Below are positions 18,977 to 28,203 of a DNA stretch of 64,000 bases, piece by piece. This stretch comes from an uncultured Methylomirabilota bacterium (GTDB taxonomy: Bacteria; Methylomirabilota; Methylomirabilia; Methylomirabilales; 2-02-FULL-66-22), in contig OY970067.1 of the NCBI GenBank assembly GCA_963705305.1, positions 96,001 through 160,000 of the forward strand. The letters run 5' to 3'. The position numbers and the translations under genes are program-made. Positions within the stretch are counted from its first letter, which is position 1; each line of letters starts with the position of its first letter. The notes beneath the pieces were generated by a model, which had not been told where the DNA came from, did not search any database, and saw nothing but the letters and a program-made list of their open reading frames with translations.

Positions 18977-19015
18977 TGTTCGAACTGCGAACATGACGTT
19001 CGCATTCCGGACGTC
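18977..19015. promoter_or_regulatory. Two tandem palindromic operator candidates for the IclR regulator
   Basis: TGTTCG-N5-CGAACA (18977-18993) and GACGTTCG-N5-CGGACGTC (18995-19015). Confidence 0.55.
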
Positions 19016-19116
19016 CTGATTACCACTTAGTACCTTCAGCCCGAGCCTGTCAAGGGAATTCTGTGCCCGGAGCGGACCCCGTGACCCTGCATTCTTACGG
19101 GCTTCCGGACGCCGCA

Positions 19117-19146
19117 TTGACACTGGGGGGGCAGCGATGATACGTT
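19117..19146 (+). promoter_or_regulatory. Sigma70-type promoter of iolB
   Basis: TTGACA-18-TACGTT with TGn extension. Confidence 0.55.
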
Positions 19147-19198
19147 TTCTCGTGAAGGCCCCACCACCGCACGACCCGCACAGAGGAGGGACTCACCC

Positions 19199-19990
19199 AT
19201 GAATCTGTTCAAGCAGTACACCCCCAAGGACGGCTACACGGCCCTGGCCAAGCCGGGCAAAGATGGTATCGAGTACCTGGAAGAGGGCGTGCTCCGCCTG
19301 CCGCCCGGCAAGACCTACCGGAGCGGCAGCGAGGGAAGCGAGGTGTGCATCGTCCTGTTGGGTGGGCTGGCCAACGTGACCGCCGGCGACAAGGCCTTCA
19401 TCTCCATCGGCAGTCGCGCCAATGTCTTTGCCGGCCGGGCCACCGCGGTACACATTCCGCCGGGACACAAGTTCAAGGTGGAAGCGGTGGGGGCACTGGA
19501 GGCCGTCGTCGCCCGGGCCTCCAGTGACCTGGCCGGAGAGCCGGTCCTCATCGGGCCGGAGAAAGTGAAGGTCTCCACGCGCGGGAAGGACGTGTACGAA
19601 CGCCAGATCCACGACATCATCGACGCCAACTTCCCGTCGAAGCGCCTCCTGGTCGGCGAGACTTTCAACCCGCCCGGCAAGTGGTCCAGCTACCCGCCCC
19701 ACAAGCATGACACCATGAACCCGCCCGATGAGACCCGCATGGAGGAGATCTACTTTTTCAGGATCACGCCCCCCCAGGGCTTTGGCTTTCAACGCATCTA
19801 CAGCCCGGAGCGCAAACTGGACGACGTCTTCGTCGTCCGCGACAATAGCCTGGCCAAGCTGCCCCTCGGCTTTCATCCGGTCGTGGGGGCGCCGGGGTAC
19901 TCCCTCTACTACCTCTGGATTCTGGCGGGAGAGCCGCGCAACTACATCCTCCACGACGACCCGGACCACAAGTGGGTGAAGGATCTGTAA
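19199..19990 (+). CDS. iolB: 5-deoxy-glucuronate isomerase (IolB/KduI family)
   Basis: LLVGETFNPPGKWSSYPPHKHD, EEIYFF, GFHPVV, YYLWILAG. Confidence 0.92.
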   Translation: MNLFKQYTPKDGYTALAKPGKDGIEYLEEGVLRLPPGKTYRSGSEGSEVCIVLLGGLANVTAGDKAFISIGSRANVFAGRATAVHIPPGHKFKVEAVGALEAVVARASSDLAGEPVLIGPEKVKVSTRGKDVYERQIHDIIDANFPSKRLLVGETFNPPGKWSSYPPHKHDTMNPPDETRMEEIYFFRITPPQGFGFQRIYSPERKLDDVFVVRDNSLAKLPLGFHPVVGAPGYSLYYLWILAGEPRNYILHDDPDHKWVKDL

Positions 19991-20018
19991 ACGACAGCGC
20001 GGGAAGGAGGCGGGCGCC

Positions 20019-20762
20019 ATGGATGGGATCCTGCAGCCGCTGGTGCGGGGATGGGAGGAAACCATCGGTCACTTCAAGGACTCGCCCGGCTTCCGGCGGA
20101 CGGTTGTTTTCTTCCTCCTGCTCTTGGTGGCCTGGCTCGATTACGTCACGGACCCGCGGATTACCTTCACCCCCTTCTACATCCTGATCCTGCTGGGCCT
20201 GGCCCTGTTCGAATCCTGGCAGGTCTGTCTGTTCTACTCCGGTCTGGCCGGGCTCCTGTTCCTGGCAGCCGATGTTCTCGGGACCCCCGACCCCGCCAGG
20301 CTAGTCTATCCTTACTGGAGCGCCATGGCCTGATTTTTCAGCTTCAGCCTGGCTTCCGTGTTCACCTCGCTGCTCGTCGGCGACCGGCGGCGAATGTGGC
20401 AGGCGGAGCAGGTTCTGCGCGACAGGGGCCAGGAGCTGGAGGAGAAGAACAGGCGGCTGGGGGAAACCCTGCGGGAGCTCCGCATGCTCCAGGCGGACCT
20501 GGTGAGACAGGAGCGACGAGCCGCCGCGGCCGAATCGATCTCCGCCACGACCTACGAGATCGAGCGGCCCTTTGCCTCCATCTCCATCTACGTGGAGGAG
20601 CTGCAGCGCGTCTCGTCGCTGCGCGACTCCGGGAAGGAGCCGCAGCTCATCCTCTACGACATGGAGCCGCTCCTGGAGAAGCTCCAGGAGCGGCTCCGCA
20701 GCCTGGAAGAGATCCTGGAGAGCATCCGCGCCATGCGGAAAAGGGCCACCGGATCCGGATAG
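20019..20762 (+). pseudogene. Membrane sensor-like protein (TM bundle + coiled coil + degenerate HisKA-like helix) interrupted by an in-frame TGA at 20331-20333
   Basis: ORFs 20019-20333 and 20358-20762 are in the same frame and separated by a single stop. Confidence 0.6.
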
Positions 20763-20771
20763 GCCGGGGGC
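20735..20771 (+). repeat. Degenerate 37-bp direct repeat, left copy
   Basis: 31/37 identical to 26671-26707 by manual ungapped alignment. Confidence 0.65.
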
Positions 20772-20945
20772 TGAGACGGCATTGCGAGAGCCCTGCGCGG
20801 GCTCATTCGGAGCCTAGGAGAGAGCATCCCCCGAGCTGGCCAGCGACCGCGATCTCTCGACGACCGATCCCCGCCACAGGGCATCCAAGCTCCCCGGGCG
20901 GGGATCGGCGCCGGAGACTCTGTCTCCGGTTCGGGTGCGGCAGGC

Positions 20946-21356
20946 TTATGCCTGTCCGGCCCGATGCAGAGCGAGGGTCTTCTGGAGTTTCCCAAGGTAG
21001 TCCTGCCGCGGTGGAGTGAAGATATCGATGGCCTTACAGTCCACCTCGCGGATGTATCCCCCATGCTCGATGTTCGAGGGGAGGACGATCACATCTCCTT
21101 TCTTCACGCGGTAGAGCTTTCCCTCGATGATCTCGTCCATGTATCCCTCAACGACGATCATGATCTGCTCGGCCTCATGACGATGCGGCGGGAAGACAGA
21201 GTTGGCCGACATGGTCAGGAAACTCACCAAGGCCCGCTCGCCCGAGATGATGTGGCTGGTGGTCCCAGGGACCAGCTCGGTGAGAGGTATATCGGGGTAA
21301 TGAGTGATCCGTCGCTTGAATTCTTCCTCGGTGGCGTACGGCTCGGTTCCGGGCAT
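20946..21356 (-). CDS. Cupin-domain protein
   Basis: PPHRHEAEQI, GDVIVLPSNIEHG, DIFTPPRQDY. Confidence 0.88.
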   Translation of the reverse strand: MPGTEPYATEEEFKRRITHYPDIPLTELVPGTTSHIISGERALVSFLTMSANSVFPPHRHEAEQIMIVVEGYMDEIIEGKLYRVKKGDVIVLPSNIEHGGYIREVDCKAIDIFTPPRQDYLGKLQKTLALHRAGQA

Positions 21357-21439
21357 CGTTCGTTTCCTCCATAGGAGCGTCCACCTGTTAGAGATACCTG
21401 CCGGCTCGCCCTGGTTCACCAGATGGGGTCGCGGAGCCC

Positions 21440-22420
21440 TTAGGGGCGGACGCGATTGGGCGGGGGCTCACCCAGCAGGACAGCGCGGGCGTTTTCGGAC
21501 GCGATCTTGCGGCATTCCTGCAATGAGGTCTCCGAAACATAGGCTATGTGCGGTGTGATGAGACAGTTCTCCAGGCTGAAGAGGGGGCTTCCTCCGGGAG
21601 TCCAATTCTCCAGCTTTGCAGGCTCCTCTTCGATGTCATCCAAGCCCGCCGAAGCGATCCATCCTTCCGCCAGCGCACGATAGAGCGCGCGGTTGTCTAC
21701 GATCTTGCCGCGGGCACAATTGACCAGGACCGCGTGCCGTCGCATTTGCCGGAGGGCACTCTCGTTGACCAGATGATGCGTCTCCGGGGTATACGGGCAC
21801 ATGATATTGACCACGTCCGACCCCGTGAAGATCTCCTCCAGGCGAGCCGCGCGGACCCCGCAGCTGCTCATGAAGCCGGCGGATACGTACGGGTCGAACG
21901 CAAGGAGGGAGAAACCGAAGGCCGCAAGCTTCCGGGCGATATTTTGCGCGATGCGCCCGAAGCCGATGAATCCCCAGACCATTCCGCGGAATCGGATGAC
22001 CGGACCCCCGCCAGCGCTCCAATGCCATTGTCCGTTGCGGCATGCCCTTGCATACATAGGGATTCGGCGAATCAGCAGGAACCCCATGGAGATGGTGTGG
22101 TCCGCAACCTCATCGAGGCAATAATCTGGAACGTTGGTGACGACCATGCCATGTTCGTAGGCAGCCTGGACATCCACGATATCCACCCCGATCCCATAGC
22201 GGCAGATGGCCTTGCACCGTTTCAGCCTTGCAATCGTCTCGCGGGGAATCTTCGCGTACTGCTGGAGAATCACATCGGCATCCGCAGCTTGCTCGGCCAG
22301 CCCTGCCCCCGTCCGGCATTGCAGGCCGATGACCACCGCGCCGATGGGATCGAGCACGCTCTGTTCGATGGCCAGATCGGGATAGTCGTAATCGCTGACG
22401 TACACCTTATAGGTCGGCAT
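21440..22420 (-). CDS. D-isomer-specific 2-hydroxyacid dehydrogenase (CtBP-like)
   Basis: RYGIGVD, NVPDYC, GFGRIA, NCARG, LDDIEEEP, TPHIAY. Confidence 0.92.
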   Translation of the reverse strand: MPTYKVYVSDYDYPDLAIEQSVLDPIGAVVIGLQCRTGAGLAEQAADADVILQQYAKIPRETIARLKRCKAICRYGIGVDIVDVQAAYEHGMVVTNVPDYCLDEVADHTISMGFLLIRRIPMYARACRNGQWHWSAGGGPVIRFRGMVWGFIGFGRIAQNIARKLAAFGFSLLAFDPYVSAGFMSSCGVRAARLEEIFTGSDVVNIMCPYTPETHHLVNESALRQMRRHAVLVNCARGKIVDNRALYRALAEGWIASAGLDDIEEEPAKLENWTPGGSPLFSLENCLITPHIAYVSETSLQECRKIASENARAVLLGEPPPNRVRP

Positions 22421-22522
22421 TCCTCACCACTCCATTCCAGCCGCTCTGGGATCCTCGCATCCCCTCGAACGAGCCCACAGCTCTTCCCGAACGCAACTAT
22501 CCCCCGAACCGCCGGGTGGAAT

Positions 22523-23805
22523 TCAATGAGTGAACAGCCGGGGCACAAACAAGACCAGGCCCGGCCAGAAGGTGCAGACGAGCAGGGCCGCGATTAAGCT
22601 CACGAGGAAGGGCCAGAGGGCCTGGATCGTGGTCTCCTCGATCGTCACCCCGCCGATCTTGCAGGTGACGAACAGCGCGGGGCCGAGCGGCGGGTGAATC
22701 AGCCCGATGGCCAGGTTGACCGCCATGATGATCCCGAAGTGGACCGGGTCGACGCCCAGCTTGGTGACCACCGGCAGCAGAATTGGAACAAGAATGATGC
22801 AGGCCGCCGAGAATCTCCATGAACGAACCGGAAATCAGCAACAGCACGTTGATGATCAAGAGAATCGGGTAGACACTATGGAATAGTGACAAGGCCATGG
22901 TGGTCACCCGGACTGGGATGTCGTACATGACCACGAGAACGGAGAAGAGTTTGGCGGCAGCAATGATGAAAAGCACCATCCCGGTGACGACCCCTGCCCG
23001 TTGGCAGATGGCGGGAATCTGCTTGAGCGGCAAGGTGCGGGTCCAGAACCCAAGACAGACGCTGTAGACCACGGCCACACACGCGGCCTCCGTCGGGGTG
23101 CAGATCCCGAACGCGATCCCCCCCACGATGATCCCGGGCATCATCAGGGCCGGCAGCGCTCGCCAGAAGGACGCCAGAATCGCGCCCACGGAGAGCGTGG
23201 CCGCCCGCCGGGGGAAGTGGCGCCGCCTGGCCTGGACGTGGACCGTGACACCCAACGCCAGCCCCATGAGCAGGCCGGGGACGACCCCGGCGATGAGGAG
23301 GCTCGCGATCGAACGTCGAGGCGGCGACGCCGTACACAACGAGGATGATGGAGGGGGGGATGATGGGGCCGATCGCCGAGGCCGCGGCGACCAACGCCGT
23401 GGCATAGGTAGCCGGATACCCCTCCTTTTTCATGGCCGGGATGAGGACGGAGCCGACGGCGGCCGCGTCCGCCACGGCGGCCCCGGTTACGCCGGCGAAG
23501 AAGACACAGGTCGCGATGGAGACCTGGGCGAGGGCACCGGGAATGCGCCCGAGCAAGACCATGGCGAAATCCACCAGCCGGCGGGAGATGCCGGTCTCGA
23601 CCATGATCTCGCCCGCGAGGATAAAAAACGGGATGGCCATCAAGGGGAAGGAATCCAGTCCCATGAACATGTACTGCGGCACCGCGTTGAGCGGGAGGCT
23701 CCCATCCACCACGAGGAGGACCAGGGAGGTCAGTCCCAGGCAGAAGCCGATAGGATGCCCAATCAGCAGGAGGCTGAAGAACACCACGACCAGGAGGGTG
23801 ATCAT
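22523..23805 (-). pseudogene. dctM: TRAP transporter large permease, split by two +1 frameshifts (near 23312 and near 22808)
   Basis: DctM motifs (FPLMAIPFFILAG, IIPPSI / GVVPGLL, TPTEAA / GVDPVHFG, PPLG) lie in three successive frames. Confidence 0.85.
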
Positions 23806-23815
23806 TCCGGTCCTC

Positions 23816-23857
23816 CGAGGTGCCCCGGGGCGGCGCGGCTCGCCCCGGGGCACCTCG
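23816..23857 (-). terminator. Intercistronic stem-loop after dctP
   Basis: CGAGGTGCCCCGGGGCG-8nt-CGCCCCGGGGCACCTCG, perfect 17-bp stem. Confidence 0.55.
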
Positions 23858-23884
23858 TCTCACCACCGCAGGCGGAGCGGGGAG

Positions 23885-24880
23885 CTACTTGCCGACCGCC
23901 TCCAGCCACTTGTCGACCACACCCTGGCCGATCGTGGCTGCCTGCTCCGCGTACACGGGTTGACACGCCCGGCGGAAGGCTGCCAGCTGGTCTTTCGCGA
24001 CCTCGTTGACCTTCATCTTGGTCTTCAGCTCCGCCAGCTGCACCTGCTCGTCCTTCTGGGCTTCGGTCCGCTGCCAGGCGATTACCTCCTTGGCCACGGC
24101 GCGGAGCACCGCCTGGTCCTCCTTGGGCAGGGCGTCGAAGAACTTCTTGTTCATGAAGTAGATGTTTGGATCATAGGTGTGCCCGGTGAGGGAGAGGAAT
24201 TTCTGGACTTCGTAGAATTTGGAGCCGTAGATGTTGACGACCGGGTTCTCCTGTGCGTCGACCACCCCCTGCTGCAAGGCCGGGTAGAGCTCAGCCCAGG
24301 GAATGGCGGTCGGCAGGGCGCCGAGCGCCTTGAAGGTCGAGATGAAGACCGGGCTCGGCATGACTCGGATCTTGATGCCTCGGAGATCTTCGGGCTTCGT
24401 GATAGGCCGGACATTATTGGTGACATGGCGAATACCATTCTCCGGGTAGCCAAGACCCACCAGGCCGTGCTGCTCTAGTCTGGCCAGCAGCTCCGTGCCG
24501 AGCGGCCCGTCCAAGAGGGCGTACCATTGCGCCCGATTGGTGAAGAGGTAGGGCAGATTCAGGACGCCGAAGGCTGGCTCAATCCCGAAAATGGGGGCCA
24601 GCGCGGCGTCGACCATGGTCTGCGTCCCTACCTGGACCGCTTCCATCGCCTCGCGGCCCCCGCCGAGGACCGCGCCAGTGTAGAGCTTGACCGCCACCTC
24701 GCCCTTCGTCCGCTCCTCGACCAGCTTGGCGAACATCCGCTCGGCCTTGGTCAGGTTGTGGCTCTCGGGCATGGGGCCGTTGAAGATGATGGTATACTTG
24801 CCTGCTGCCCAGGCGTCGGGAGCGATCAGGAAGAGTGCGGCAACTAGTAGGCACAGGATACTCGTGAATTTCTTCGGCAT
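23885..24880 (-). CDS. dctP: TRAP transporter substrate-binding protein
   Basis: Signal peptide; LPYLF, ENGIRH, GIKIRV, LQQGVVDAQENP, LTGH. Confidence 0.94.
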   Translation of the reverse strand: MPKKFTSILCLLVAALFLIAPDAWAAGKYTIIFNGPMPESHNLTKAERMFAKLVEERTKGEVAVKLYTGAVLGGGREAMEAVQVGTQTMVDAALAPIFGIEPAFGVLNLPYLFTNRAQWYALLDGPLGTELLARLEQHGLVGLGYPENGIRHVTNNVRPITKPEDLRGIKIRVMPSPVFISTFKALGALPTAIPWAELYPALQQGVVDAQENPVVNIYGSKFYEVQKFLSLTGHTYDPNIYFMNKKFFDALPKEDQAVLRAVAKEVIAWQRTEAQKDEQVQLAELKTKMKVNEVAKDQLAAFRRACQPVYAEQAATIGQGVVDKWLEAVGK

Positions 24881-24893
24881 GACTCTCCTCCTC

Positions 24894-25391
24894 TCAGGAC
24901 GATTCCCCGGATGATGGCCCCGCTTCGCCCACGCCAAACGCCAGGGCCAAGAACTGGATGAACATCAGCCCGCCGCCAACCGGCATCGCCAGATACGGCC
25001 AGACCATGGAGATGCGCAGGGTAGGAGATTTCTGAGGGACGACGGCAAGGGCGTGGACCACCCCCCAGTAGACGAGGAAAGCCAGGAAGAGGAACAGGAG
25101 GCCAGAATTGAGGTACCCGACCGCTTTCCGAACACCGGTCGGGGCGAGATTGATGAGGGCCCCCATGGCTGCGTGGGCCTTCTCCCGCGCGGCCAGGGCC
25201 GCCGAGAGCATGGCCAGCCAGATCATGATGTAGGTGGCGAGCTCCTCACTGCCAATCAGTGGGAGCCGGAGACAGTAGCGAAAGACGACTTCCAGGGTGA
25301 TGGTCACGGTGATGGCGATAGTCAAAACAACCACCAGGACCCGGGTCAGCTTGTCGGCGGCGTCGGCTACATAGGCGAGCCAACGGACCAT
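24894..25391 (-). CDS. dctQ: TRAP transporter small permease
   Basis: VVFRY, SEELATYIMIW, SPTLRISMVWPYLAMPVGG; four TM helices. Confidence 0.9.
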   Translation of the reverse strand: MVRWLAYVADAADKLTRVLVVVLTIAITVTITLEVVFRYCLRLPLIGSEELATYIMIWLAMLSAALAAREKAHAAMGALINLAPTGVRKAVGYLNSGLLFLFLAFLVYWGVVHALAVVPQKSPTLRISMVWPYLAMPVGGGLMFIQFLALAFGVGEAGPSSGESS

Positions 25392-25679
25392 ACGGGCCTC
25401 GTTCCCCGCATTGACCGGATCGCCCAGAGGAGGGTCAGGCGCCGAACCTGTCGCGGGGAGGACAATTCCTAGAGTCGGCGCCTTTCCTGCAGCACACCAC
25501 AGAGTGTTGCGTACCGCCCGAATATTGCGGCACCGCAACCGTCCCAAGAAATCTCACACCCACCCCGCCCCCGACCTCTTCAGACGCGACCCTGGGGGAG
25601 GTCCAATTGACAGGAGATCACCCCTTGTAATATGGTAAGAGTCCTGTTTTCCTGTCCAATACCAAATAAGCGGCGACTA

Positions 25680-25694
25680 ATGCCGGAGAGGTAT
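25680..25694. promoter_or_regulatory. LysR-type T-N11-A box
   Basis: ATGCC-N5-GGTAT immediately upstream of the LysR start, divergent from the TRAP operon. Confidence 0.45.
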
Positions 25695-25703
25695 CACCGC
25701 CCC

Positions 25704-26606
25704 GTGGAGCTTCGCCATCTTCGCTTCTTCGTAACGGTTGCCGAGGAGCTGCACTTCTCTCGCGCGGCGGAACGCCTTCGCACCAGCCAACCATACGTTA
25801 CGCGCCAAATCCACGATCTTGAAAGGGAAATAGGCGTGCCGCTTCTGTCGCGCACGAAGCGGCGCGTGGAGTTGACCGAGGCCGGGCGCGCATTCTACCA
25901 GGAGGCGCGACGCGCGGTCGAACAGACCGAGCGCTCGGTACAGGCCGCCCAGAAGGTCGCCAGAGGAGAGCGCGGGCATCTCAGCGTTGGATTCGCCAAC
26001 GCAGAGCTGATCCCGGACGTCCTTCGTGCGTTCCGACAGCGTTATCCAGAGGTCGAGCTGGAGGTGCAGGAGCTGACGACGGCCGAGCAGGTTCGGGCGT
26101 TGCGGGACGGTCGGCTTCATGCGGGTATCCTTGTCCCCGGAGTCGAGGATGAGCTCCTTTGCATTGAGATAATCCGCGAGGAGCCCCTCGTCGCCGTCCT
26201 ACCAGAGAGCCACGCCTTGCTGCGGGAGCGCAGCGTCCCCCTCCAGGCGCTCGCCTCGGAGTCTTTCATTCTCTGCCCGTACCGCCTGAATCCTCACGTC
26301 TATGAGCGTATTCTAGCCTTGTGCAAGGGGGCCGGCTTCACCCCAAGGGTGGTGGAGGAAGCGTCGCCAAAACAGACCATCCTCGGTCTGGTTGCCGCGG
26401 GCCTGGGCGTTTCCCTGGTTGCCGCATCGGTTCAGCAAAGTAGACGGACAGGGGTAGCTTACCGGCCCCTGCGCGGCATACACCCCACCGTCGAAGTGGC
26501 CGTGGCGTGGCGCAAGGACGAAAAGTCCCCAGCCCTGCAGGTGTTTCTCTCGGTGGTCCGAGAGTTTGCACGCACTCCAATACCGGCGAAGCGCCTCGCC
26601 TCGTAG
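25704..26606 (+). CDS. LysR-family transcriptional regulator
   Basis: ELRHLRFFVTVAEELHFSRAAERL..QP; LVAAGLGVSLV. Confidence 0.95.
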   Translation: MELRHLRFFVTVAEELHFSRAAERLRTSQPYVTRQIHDLEREIGVPLLSRTKRRVELTEAGRAFYQEARRAVEQTERSVQAAQKVARGERGHLSVGFANAELIPDVLRAFRQRYPEVELEVQELTTAEQVRALRDGRLHAGILVPGVEDELLCIEIIREEPLVAVLPESHALLRERSVPLQALASESFILCPYRLNPHVYERILALCKGAGFTPRVVEEASPKQTILGLVAAGLGVSLVAASVQQSRRTGVAYRPLRGIHPTVEVAVAWRKDEKSPALQVFLSVVREFARTPIPAKRLAS

Positions 26607-26670
26607 TGGGGCAGGCGCATCGGCCGGACGCTGAAGTTTTTCTCGATTGACGAGCGGAAGAAAGACCCGC

Positions 26671-26707
26671 GCGGAATAAGGCCAACCGATCCGGATGGGC
26701 CGCGGGC
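26671..26707 (+). repeat. Degenerate 37-bp direct repeat, right copy
   Basis: Matches 20735-20771 at 31/37 positions. Confidence 0.65.
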
Positions 26708-26717
26708 CAAGCGGGGA

Positions 26718-27368
26718 TTACCGGCGGAGACGGGGAGCCGCGGCGCGCGTCAGGGCGACGACGGCCGAAACGATGTCGGCGGTGGACTTGCCGGTGCGGA
26801 GGGCCCGGGCCAGCCGGCGACCGCGCAGGACGTCCTGGCGAGCCGGCTGCGGAAGCGACAGGGTCTTCCCTGGCCGCCAGGCGCGGAAGAGCTGGGCAAA
26901 CGCGTAGGCGATCTCCGGGATAGTGGAGACCTTCACGAAGTTCCCCAGACCGGCTACCAGAGGATTGTCGTTGCCCTGGATGAGGCTCCGGCTGTCGGAT
27001 TTGTAGAGGACAATCGGCTTTCCCGCCAGCCAGGACGCGGACGCCTCGGCCACGGCCCCCTCGTCGGGCACCCGCCCGTTCAGATTCAGGACCAGCCCCT
27101 CACAGGCCTCCAGGACCTCGTACATGTCCAGCCAGAAGATGGCCTGCTGGGCCATCCGCGACGCCTCGCCAACGTCGTACCCTCCCCGCAGAAGCTCCCC
27201 GGACAGCTCCGCGAAGAGGAATCCGTCTCGGTGGGGCAGGAATGTTGTGAAGCCGGCATGTTCCAGGGCTCGCGAGATCTCGGCCATCTCTACCTGCTCG
27301 GACCGATTGAACAGCGGTCCGGCGCAGTAGATCCGATGCCGGGGCTGGACTTTTCTGGATGTGGTCAT
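26718..27368 (-). CDS. Nucleoside 2-deoxyribosyltransferase family protein
   Basis: IYCAGPLF, FLPHRDG, GRVPDEGAVAE, KSDSR. Confidence 0.85.
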   Translation of the reverse strand: MTTSRKVQPRHRIYCAGPLFNRSEQVEMAEISRALEHAGFTTFLPHRDGFLFAELSGELLRGGYDVGEASRMAQQAIFWLDMYEVLEACEGLVLNLNGRVPDEGAVAEASASWLAGKPIVLYKSDSRSLIQGNDNPLVAGLGNFVKVSTIPEIAYAFAQLFRAWRPGKTLSLPQPARQDVLRGRRLARALRTGKSTADIVSAVVALTRAAAPRLRR

Positions 27369-27428
27369 GGCTCGTTCCTGCCCGGGTGCGCCCCCGGCTG
27401 TCCGCGCATCCGTGGCGCGAGATTTCGG

Positions 27429-28097
27429 TCAGTTGTGGCGGCCGGAGGCCCGCTCGGCGGGAGCATTGCGATCGGAGAGGTGGGCCAGGACCTTGACGAG
27501 GTGGTCCTGGATGAGATCCAGCCGGGCCGAGACATCGACCGTCTCCAGGACCTGCTGTCGCTTTTCCGTGTCGGGAATGGCGGCGCCCGCCATCCGATCC
27601 ACGATGATGCCGGGATCCTTCACGCCGCTGAAAATCTTCGCGACTTCCCCCTGCCCCTTCTGGACCTCCGCCAGGAGGCGCAGGTAGAACACCTTCAGTC
27701 GCTCCAGCCGGGGCGCCAGCACCCCCGGCCCCTCTTTGGGATAGCGATCCGGCAGCGGCCGAGCGCGGACGATCCGGAACGATTTCTCCGCCGGAAGCTC
27801 TTCTGCGATGCCCACACGCATCGTCCCGCGCAGCAGGATGTTGAAGCGCCCGTCCGCCAATTCTTCATGCTGGATGATCTCCCCCGCTCCCGCGACGGGA
27901 TAGACCGGAGGCCGGCCGTAGTAATCGCCCTCCCAGCCCGGGCGCAGCAGCGCCATGGCCAGCCGCCGATCGCCCGCCAGGCACTCGCGGACCATCTCGC
28001 GATAGCGCGGCTCAAAGATATGCAGGGGCAGCAGCGTATGGGGGAAAAGCACCACGTCGGGCAGGGGGAAGATCGGTATTCGGATTACGGCATTCAT
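27429..28097 (-). CDS. LON peptidase substrate-binding (N-terminal) domain protein
   Basis: IPIFPLPDVVLFP..LPLHIFEPRYREMV, DGRFNILLRG. Confidence 0.92.
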   Translation of the reverse strand: MNAVIRIPIFPLPDVVLFPHTLLPLHIFEPRYREMVRECLAGDRRLAMALLRPGWEGDYYGRPPVYPVAGAGEIIQHEELADGRFNILLRGTMRVGIAEELPAEKSFRIVRARPLPDRYPKEGPGVLAPRLERLKVFYLRLLAEVQKGQGEVAKIFSGVKDPGIIVDRMAGAAIPDTEKRQQVLETVDVSARLDLIQDHLVKVLAHLSDRNAPAERASGRHN

Positions 28098-28203
28098 GGG
28101 CGGTCCGCGCGAGCCATTCCTTTCGATCCGGTCGAATCTCCGGTCCTCTTGGGAGGACTAGAGTACCACGAATACCTGTTTCAGTGAAGCCGCGTGAGAG
28201 CTA

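Noticed and set aside
20331..20333. Second selenocysteine codon
   Set aside because: It lies in a hydrophobic segment with no redox motif and no downstream hairpin; a nonsense change or sequencing error is more plausible.
26718..28097. Deoxyribosyltransferase plus LON-domain pair as an anti-phage system
   Set aside because: Both families have common housekeeping members, and no defence-associated partner (kinase, nuclease, reverse transcriptase) is present.
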